Of a stretch of 64,000 nucleotides of DNA, positions 37,806-43,901 are shown one piece after another. Both the position numbers and the translations under genes were made by a program. Position 1 is the first letter of the stretch. Every line of letters begins with the position of its first letter. Source of the stretch: Escherichia phage P896; the sequence record OL451225.1. One strand, given 5' to 3'. The notes beneath the pieces are model-generated. The model saw nothing but the letters and a program-made list of their open reading frames with translations, made no database searches and was not told where the DNA came from.

Positions 37806-37845
37806 ATTAATCTCGCTTCATGAAAGCATTAAAAATCTGGTCATC
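37801..37845 (-). repeat. Direct repeat copy 2 (gene-junction cassette)
   Basis: catattaatctcgcttcatgaaagcattaaaaatctggtcatcaa; see copy 1. Confidence 0.8.
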
Positions 37846-38241
37846 AACTGAATATACAGGGGTTTCCAGAAGTTTCAAAAGACTGTTTTTGATGTACTTA
37901 CCCGGGATACCCTTAACAATACTGTCATTCAACTCATTATCAGGGTTGATGTCTTTAAATTCAAACCCGTCAAACTCAACCTTGTCAGGAATACCGTCAG
38001 CGAAAAAATAAACCAATTGGTGCATTGTATTGCGCGAAAATAATTTAGACTTGACCGCAATAAGTTCTTGCCAATGGTTTAATTCTTTGTTAAGAAGTTT
38101 ATGAGCAAACGTAATTCTATTATCACTATCAACAAGAAAATAACCCAGGTATTGAATCTCGTCGCTCCAAAACACCCTGTATGCCTGCGCATTTGGATTT
38201 TTACAACGAAGTTTTTTGATAACCAAATTTCTGTTAATCAT
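37807..38241 (-). CDS. Hypothetical protein ending in DDQIFNAFMKRD
   Basis: Track ORF 37807..38376; likely start at ATG 38241 (MINRNLVIKK...) in a TAAAATG overlap with the upstream lipoprotein gene stop. Confidence 0.5.
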   Translation of the reverse strand: MINRNLVIKKLRCKNPNAQAYRVFWSDEIQYLGYFLVDSDNRITFAHKLLNKELNHWQELIAVKSKLFSRNTMHQLVYFFADGIPDKVEFDGFEFKDINPDNELNDSIVKGIPGKYIKNSLLKLLETPVYSVDDQIFNAFMKRD

Positions 38242-38242
38242 T

Positions 38243-38536
38243 TTATTCACCTGTAACCCATTGAACAATTTTGCTATTGTCAAATGAAGCATCGCAATAC
38301 AGAATATAGTTATACTGCATAACGTCACCAGAAGACAATTGGTCAGATACTTCTTTAACCATATCAGGGCGGTCACGTTTGGTTATGTTCATGATATCAG
38401 CACGAATCTGGGTTTCAACTTCAGATTGCTCTGCTGTCATAGACCATTCACAAAGGTTTTTATCAAGCCCAGCAGTAACTGGAGCTGTACCACATGATGC
38501 TACGGTAAGAATTGCTGCAATAATTAACTTTTTCAT
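38243..38536 (-). CDS. sp: Periplasmic lipoprotein, Spackle (Sp)-like by size and position
   Basis: 97 aa with signal peptide/lipobox MKKLIIAAILTVASCG; T4 Sp (61.3) is a 97 aa secreted protein in the 61-41 interval. Assignment is by size and position only. Confidence 0.45.
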   Translation of the reverse strand: MKKLIIAAILTVASCGTAPVTAGLDKNLCEWSMTAEQSEVETQIRADIMNITKRDRPDMVKEVSDQLSSGDVMQYNYILYCDASFDNSKIVQWVTGE

Positions 38537-38564
38537 AATGTTCTCCTCAGTAGTTGATATGGAT

Positions 38565-38594
38565 AATATACTGCATTATCCCTTTGATGTAAAC
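38565..38594 (-). promoter_or_regulatory. Early promoter (GTTTACA minus-35 / 17 bp / TATATT) with ATCAACTACTG leader
   Basis: Minus strand: GTTTACAtcaaagggataatgcagTATATTatccatATCAACTACTGAGGAGaacattATG. Confidence 0.5.
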
Positions 38595-38596
38595 TG

Positions 38597-38800
38597 TTAT
38601 TTTTCGTTAGAACGATAATCACATTCAAAAACTTTATTGTCATTAACAAAGGCTTTAACCAGCGCATTATTCACTTCTGCATACTGCACTGTAACCCATT
38701 CAATCATATTTTTGTCACTGACATCCAGCGCGGTTTCTTTGGTAAACATATTACCATTTTCAAACCAACCAATAAACAATACGTTCTCTAATTTATACAT
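38597..38800 (-). CDS. Hypothetical protein
   Basis: 67 aa ORF in track. Confidence 0.45.
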   Translation of the reverse strand: MYKLENVLFIGWFENGNMFTKETALDVSDKNMIEWVTVQYAEVNNALVKAFVNDNKVFECDYRSNEK

Positions 38801-39118
38801 TTAGATTTCCTCACAAAACGCCCAGGCAGCGTGATAAACTGTTGCGCCTTTAGTATCATTTAAACAAACCACGTCAACAGGTGCAATCACACGATAAAGA
38901 CGGGGTTCTCCTCCATATGAGCGAGCTGCTCTTCCTGCATAGATACGCGCCAAACCAATATCTTCAGTAAAAAACACACGCCCTAAATTTTTCTTACGCC
39001 CAACTTCTGACAGAACACCAGTTGCATCAGGAGGACAAAGCATATTTTGGATTCCAGCATTAGAGCTTGACCCATGATAATAAACTTTGTATTCTGCCTT
39101 GCAATCAATGGTTTTCAT
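38801..39118 (-). CDS. Hypothetical protein with possible H-G-S (PARP/diphtheria-toxin-class) ADP-ribosyltransferase-like signature
   Basis: 105 aa; YHGSSSNAGIQNM..PP....G then GRVFFTEDIGLARIYAG resembles the PARP catalytic-core pattern HGS..NFAGIL......PP....G...GKGIYFA; too short for a canonical domain, so speculative. Confidence 0.5.
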   Translation of the reverse strand: MKTIDCKAEYKVYYHGSSSNAGIQNMLCPPDATGVLSEVGRKKNLGRVFFTEDIGLARIYAGRAARSYGGEPRLYRVIAPVDVVCLNDTKGATVYHAAWAFCEEI

Positions 39119-39154
39119 TTTATTCTCCAGTAGTTGATAGGGTCATTATAACAT

Positions 39155-39177
39155 AAGAAAAAGGGGCTGTAAGCCCC
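39155..39177 (-). terminator. Intrinsic terminator-like hairpin
   Basis: ggggctgtaagcccc hairpin followed on the minus strand by a T-run; next is a TATAAT plus ATCAACTACTGGAGA leader for the downstream gene. Confidence 0.5.
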
Positions 39178-39186
39178 TTTGTTCAC

Positions 39187-39489
39187 TTACGCCAACTCAT
39201 AGTTGTGCATAGTCAGACAACGAATTTTCCCAGTAGTTGGGTGCATAACAGTCACACTAATTGTGTAATCATCGCACACGTTAACAAAAGGTTCAGCGAT
39301 AACATATACTGCCCCGCCTGCAAGCAGATACTCACGAAGAGAGCTGCGAACAGATGAAGGTTGAACATCGCTTTTGAGCTTTATTAATTTACCAGTTTGA
39401 ATGCCTGATGCGATAAGAGCAGCACAGTTTTCATCACGGCGAGCGAATTGTCCAAAATAGTAACGATTCATATCGGTTTGATTAAACAT
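39187..39489 (-). CDS. Hypothetical protein
   Basis: 100 aa ORF in track, preceded by a promoter cassette. Confidence 0.45.
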   Translation of the reverse strand: MFNQTDMNRYYFGQFARRDENCAALIASGIQTGKLIKLKSDVQPSSVRSSLREYLLAGGAVYVIAEPFVNVCDDYTISVTVMHPTTGKIRCLTMHNYELA

Positions 39490-39538
39490 ATGGTTTTCCT
39501 TTTAACAGTTGGTTTATTGTGTAACTCAGTATGGAATC

Positions 39539-39578
39539 ATTATGTCCTAAGACAAGGGGCTTGTACACTATTTTAATT
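39539..39578 (-). promoter_or_regulatory. Early promoter cassette (TGTACA / 17 bp / CATAAT), PeSL-like
   Basis: Minus strand: aaaatagTGTACAagccccttgtcttaggaCATAATgattccatactgagttacac. Confidence 0.6.
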
Positions 39579-39816
39579 CATTAATTAAATGAAAATCTTG
39601 TGCATTGAAAGTAATGAAAAAATAATCATTCCCTTCAACTGAAGCATGACAGGCAACACTACACCAGCGCCTTGCTCTGTTCAAGGAGCAATCCAAAATT
39701 TTAAAAGGCTTCAGACCAACAATGGCAGCTGTTCTTTTATTATGCTCACAAATATCAGCATACTTTTGGAGAGCTTCTTCAGATTTGAACTGGTAATGCA
39801 CATTAACTAATAACAT
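39568..39816 (-). CDS. Hypothetical protein (adjacent to gene 41, where T4 carries dmd)
   Basis: 82 aa ORF with the ATCAACTACTGATGAGGA leader upstream; T4 Dmd is 60 aa, so equivalence is only positional. Confidence 0.4.
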   Translation of the reverse strand: MLLVNVHYQFKSEEALQKYADICEHNKRTAAIVGLKPFKILDCSLNRARRWCSVACHASVEGNDYFFITFNAQDFHLINELK

Positions 39817-39882
39817 TTTATTATCCTCATCAGTAGTTGATGGGATAATAGTACACCCTTTTTATGAGGATGTAAACCCCTA

Positions 39883-39905
39883 AATGAAAAAAGGTCCACC
39901 CGAAG
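39883..39905 (-). terminator. Weak terminator-like hairpin after gene 41
   Basis: Short GC stem (accc..gggt) followed on the minus strand by a T-run, just 3' of the gp41 stop. Confidence 0.3.
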
Positions 39906-39910
39906 GGTCT

Positions 39911-41350
39911 TTAGAATTTCATTTGAGCAGCAAGGTCGTCCAGGTCGCTCCTGTTGACCCTGGTTTGTCTATTCATTTCAGCCTGGCGATTCATCTCACC
40001 GGTGGCTTCTTTAACCGTAGGGCCTTGTTTAGGAGCTGAATCATCATCAACCTCGTACCAGCGCTGATTACCTTTCTTAACACCCATCTTGAATTTATTA
40101 TAGTAGTTCTTATCGCCATAACGAGACTTAAGCTGTTTGATTAACTGCAGACCCATTTGAGCGAATTCTTCAGTCTCAACAACACCCAACATAAAGTCGG
40201 CCGTGTGAGCAATACCAAAGGATTCTGCGATGTCAGCCATATCAATCTCAGCTGCAACGTTCGCGCCCCTGGTTGTCTGTGCTGCAGTCCACAGGACCAC
40301 ATTTTTCTCAACAGCCAGACCACGAAGTTCTTCTGCAACCATCTTAATCAGGCCGTAACTGTTTTCGGTAAACGTTTTCAGTCTTGAGCTTGCACAGATT
40401 GCCAGGTAGTCAACAATAATCACATCCGGCACAAACCCTTGCTTCAGTTTGTATTCATTCAATAATGCACGGAAGGTATCTGCATGAGCACCGCCAGTTG
40501 GATATTGTTTTATCTTCAGAGTCCCAAGAGTCCCTGATGCCCGCCATTTTTCCATCTTAGCTTTGTATTCTGCCCATGATATATGACCTTCATCAATATC
40601 ATCCAGAGACACATCCAGCAAGTTGGCATCAATACGTTTGGCACATACTTCTTCAGCCATTTCCATGCTTATATAAAGCACGTTATGACCAGTCTGAAGA
40701 TAGTCGGCCGCTAACGAACAAAGTCCCAGAGATTTCCCGACGTTGGTCCCGGCCAGTAAAACGTTCTCTGTGCCATACTCAACCCCACCCTTTGTGATTT
40801 TATTCAGGATGTTAATACGGAACGGAACCTTCTTCGATTTGTTCAGATAAGTCTGGAATCGAGCCTCGTAATCGTTTAACCAGTCATGGCCGAGGGCAGA
40901 ATCAAAACAGATGGACAATGCATCACGCATGATGTCAGGGATAGCACCGATATCCGGGATTCGTTTATCACGTTTATCTTTCGGAAGTTCGGCATTACTC
41001 TGGATTTCGATAATCCTGGATGTGGCATTGAACATCGCAGATTTCTGCACATACTTCTCGGTTTCTCTAACCAACCATTCTTGGTCTTCTGGAGTATCGG
41101 CCAGGACTCCTAAGAGTTTCTTTGTGCCTTCATATTCGACTTCAGAAAGGTCAGAACTGTCGAGCGCGATATCAAGTGCAGTCTTAGTTGGTACCGCTTG
41201 ATATTCTTTTACGTGTTCGTTAATCGTATTAAAAAGAGTCTTCGCGGGACCCTTTTCAAAATATGTGTTATTCAGATACGGCCAGACTTTAACAAAATAT
41301 TCCTTGTTAAAGAGTAGCTGGGATAAAATAGTTTCTACCACTTCCACCAC
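39911..41350 (-). CDS. 41: Replicative DNA helicase gp41 (DnaB-like)
   Basis: 479 aa (T4 gp41 475 aa); Walker A GTNVGKS and DnaB-family blocks. Confidence 0.92.
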   Translation of the reverse strand: MVEVVETILSQLLFNKEYFVKVWPYLNNTYFEKGPAKTLFNTINEHVKEYQAVPTKTALDIALDSSDLSEVEYEGTKKLLGVLADTPEDQEWLVRETEKYVQKSAMFNATSRIIEIQSNAELPKDKRDKRIPDIGAIPDIMRDALSICFDSALGHDWLNDYEARFQTYLNKSKKVPFRINILNKITKGGVEYGTENVLLAGTNVGKSLGLCSLAADYLQTGHNVLYISMEMAEEVCAKRIDANLLDVSLDDIDEGHISWAEYKAKMEKWRASGTLGTLKIKQYPTGGAHADTFRALLNEYKLKQGFVPDVIIVDYLAICASSRLKTFTENSYGLIKMVAEELRGLAVEKNVVLWTAAQTTRGANVAAEIDMADIAESFGIAHTADFMLGVVETEEFAQMGLQLIKQLKSRYGDKNYYNKFKMGVKKGNQRWYEVDDDSAPKQGPTVKEATGEMNRQAEMNRQTRVNRSDLDDLAAQMKF

Positions 41351-41679
41351 CTCTTTTTCATTTTAATTTTATCAATTTCATCTTGTATTTGCATTGTAAC
41401 ACACTTTTCTACATGCACAGCAAGCTCCGCTTTGCGGTCTTCAGAAGGGGTGCCGAAATCAACTGAAACTTTTCCAGATGGTTCAATTTTAATTCCGGTT
41501 ACGTACACAATGTGACTGGACCCATCAGGGAGTGATAACAGAATTTCCTGCCGTACAGTTCCCATGGATTGCCGGATAATCTCCAAACTTTTTTCGTAGT
41601 AAGGTACAGAAGGAGCCTTAGCTCCCTCCGCATCTTTCTCGAAATTATCTAAATCAGATAAATCGATATCATTCATCAA
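41335..41679 (-). CDS. 40: gp40 (head vertex assembly chaperone)
   Basis: 114 aa ORF between uvsX and 41 as in T4. Confidence 0.7.
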   Translation of the reverse strand: MMNDIDLSDLDNFEKDAEGAKAPSVPYYEKSLEIIRQSMGTVRQEILLSLPDGSSHIVYVTGIKIEPSGKVSVDFGTPSEDRKAELAVHVEKCVTMQIQDEIDKIKMKKRWWKW

Positions 41680-42847
41680 GGTCTTCCATCATATCTAAAT
41701 CGTTTTCGATATCTGCCGCAGACGGTTTTGTCTTACCTTCAGGAGCAGTGTATTTTTCAACCTTGGAGGCAATAAGCGCATCAACTTCGGCATCAACAAC
41801 AGCATTGCTATCGATTGCACCCAGTTGGTAATGGCGTTTGATTGCATCACGGAAAGGTTCGTGCTTGAACAGCGGGCCCCAGAATTCGGTGCAGTTAGTA
41901 TCTTTTGCGCGCCATGATTTTTCTTCGCGGACCATTTCACCGGTCTCAACATCAAGATATTCACGGTTATACCAACCAACTTTTGGTTTCACCACAAATC
42001 CGATTTCCATTGCCATATCAAGCAGGCCAGAATACGGGTCAATACCCCCATCGAATTTTACATCAATGAAGAATTTACTTTTCTCTTTGACCATACGAGA
42101 TTTTTCGGCGTTCAGAACAAATTGGAAGCCTTCAAGTTCTTTACCAGTTTCTTTAATCTGGCGTTTGCCGATAATGAATACGGTGTCCGCAGAATACATA
42201 ACACCTGTACCGCCGGTCATAACGGTTTTACTGTACATCTCAATCGTCTCGATTGTATGGTTAACCGCGACACAAGGAATATCCTTGATGCTAAAATACG
42301 GGGTAACAATACGGAACAGAGATTTCAGGGATTTGGCACGAGTCATATCACCAACGACTTTTTCGTTCATCGCATCTTCTGTTTCTTTTTTCGACGCCAT
42401 GTTACCGATTGAGTCAATAAAAATAATGACTTTTTCACCACGCTCAATTGCTTCAAGCTGGTTAACCATATCAACTTTCAATTGTTCAACCGACTGGATT
42501 GGTGTATGGATAACACGTTCCGGGTCAACTTTCATTGCACGAAGATATGCTTCTGTGATACCAAATTCTGAATCATAGAACAAACAGATTGCATCGGGGT
42601 ATTTGTTCATATATGCAGAGACCATCGTTAAACCCATATTGGATTTAAAGTGTTTTGACGGACCAGCAAAAATAGTCAAACCTGACTGCATACCACCATC
42701 TAGTGCACCGCTGATTGCAATGTTCAGCATCGGGATTTTTGTACGAACTACATCTTTACCATTAAAGAACTTGGACTTGGTAAGAGTCGCGGTCATTTTG
42801 GATGTAGAAGCTTTAATCAAACGGGATTTCAAATCTGCAATAGACAT
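41669..42847 (-). CDS. uvsX: Recombinase UvsX (RecA-like)
   Basis: 392 aa (T4 UvsX 391 aa); Walker A GPSKHFKS and RecA-fold blocks. Confidence 0.92.
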   Translation of the reverse strand: MSIADLKSRLIKASTSKMTATLTKSKFFNGKDVVRTKIPMLNIAISGALDGGMQSGLTIFAGPSKHFKSNMGLTMVSAYMNKYPDAICLFYDSEFGITEAYLRAMKVDPERVIHTPIQSVEQLKVDMVNQLEAIERGEKVIIFIDSIGNMASKKETEDAMNEKVVGDMTRAKSLKSLFRIVTPYFSIKDIPCVAVNHTIETIEMYSKTVMTGGTGVMYSADTVFIIGKRQIKETGKELEGFQFVLNAEKSRMVKEKSKFFIDVKFDGGIDPYSGLLDMAMEIGFVVKPKVGWYNREYLDVETGEMVREEKSWRAKDTNCTEFWGPLFKHEPFRDAIKRHYQLGAIDSNAVVDAEVDALIASKVEKYTAPEGKTKPSAADIENDLDMMEDLDE

Positions 42848-42932
42848 TCATTTTTTCCATAGGCACCATCATATTTTTCTCACAGGTTTAAGATATGATA
42901 ATTATATCACTGTATTTTTAGAGCAATTAATG

Positions 42933-43436
42933 TTAGTTAATACCTTGGCGTGCTTTCTCTTTAGCTACACATTTATTAATATAGCTCAGACGGTTTTGAG
43001 CAGAACGCTGATACATATCGCGGTACTCATTAGCTTTTGGAGAACCCGTCTCCGCTGCCTGATAAGCTTCTGCGCGCATGATGTTTATCTGCATATTGAT
43101 ATATGACATGCAGACCTGCGAAATCTGGTTAACAGTATCCAGGTCATTTTGTCGCTTGGTTTCTGCTTCCAGCTTGGCAATGATTTCGTCATGCTTCGCA
43201 GCTTGCTCGCGTTTGTACTCAATTTCTTGTTGAGCATATTTCGCGCAGTTGTTTCCACATTGATTGTTGTCGCGTTTGTAGATAAGTCCAGTACCACCTT
43301 TGAAATCAAAGGAACCATTATGCACCTGACGGTCTGCAGCAATTCGCGCTTTACCAATCTCGTTGGCATTAACAACATCACCCTGGTAAGCACAACCAGA
43401 TAGCAGCATAACAGCTGCGATAGCTAACTTTTTCAT
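42933..43436 (-). CDS. Lipoprotein with coiled-coil region
   Basis: Track ORF 42933..43463; likely start at ATG 43436 (MKKLAIAAVMLLSGC..., SD GAGGA); it occupies the interval where T4 carries beta-gt and gene 42. Confidence 0.55.
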   Translation of the reverse strand: MKKLAIAAVMLLSGCAYQGDVVNANEIGKARIAADRQVHNGSFDFKGGTGLIYKRDNNQCGNNCAKYAQQEIEYKREQAAKHDEIIAKLEAETKRQNDLDTVNQISQVCMSYINMQINIMRAEAYQAAETGSPKANEYRDMYQRSAQNRLSYINKCVAKEKARQGIN

Positions 43437-43446
43437 TGTATTTTCC

Positions 43447-43590
43447 TCAATTAAAACATTCATAGCGGGCTTGGAGCCCCAAAAATACCCAACCCAAAAT
43501 TAAAGTTGGAATCATATGTGGAGTCATTATTGCCCAGTAGATTGACATACTAAAAAATGCAATCAGTACAATAATTGTAATTATCTTCAT
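43447..43590 (-). CDS. Small membrane peptide (imm.1 position)
   Basis: 47 aa MKIITIIVLIAFFSMSIYWAIMTPHMIPTLILGWVFLGLQARYECFN read by hand; ATGA overlap with the imm stop. Confidence 0.4.
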   Translation of the reverse strand: MKIITIIVLIAFFSMSIYWAIMTPHMIPTLILGWVFLGLQARYECFN

Positions 43591-43829
43591 TTTGCTTCCT
43601 TGATGATAATTACTTGTGCATTTGATTTACGTTCAGCAACGAGTGCCCAGATAAATGCAATAAACCATCCGACCATTGTCCAACCTAACAGGAGGTTAAC
43701 AAAGAAGATTCCGCAATTACTTTTGGTTCCACGCAGTAGCGCGATAATCCACGGCAGAAAATATACCAGTGCAGCCAGGAAGAAAGAACCAGCCCCAAGA
43801 ACAACAGTACCCGCAATTAATGCTTCCAT
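43587..43829 (-). CDS. imm: Superinfection immunity protein Imm (membrane)
   Basis: Track ORF 43587..43901; likely start at ATG 43829, giving an 80 aa two-TM protein (T4 Imm 83 aa) directly downstream of gene 43. Confidence 0.7.
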   Translation of the reverse strand: MEALIAGTVVLGAGSFFLAALVYFLPWIIALLRGTKSNCGIFFVNLLLGWTMVGWFIAFIWALVAERKSNAQVIIIKEAK

Positions 43830-43901
43830 TTTAATATCCTCAAGTTTGTAATCAGTAGTTGATGGAACAATCATACGGCAATCCTTTGCCGTTGTAAACA
43901 C

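Noticed and set aside
41838-42578. 246 aa + strand ORF, and many other + strand ORFs of 60-217 aa between 10.8 and 64 kb (e.g. 44352..45005, 34915..35346, 23906..24346)
   Set aside because: They lie antisense to well-supported minus-strand core genes (uvsX, 43, 56, 39), have low-complexity Ser/Thr/Ile/Leu-rich composition and no ribosome binding sites; typical shadow ORFs in AT-rich DNA.
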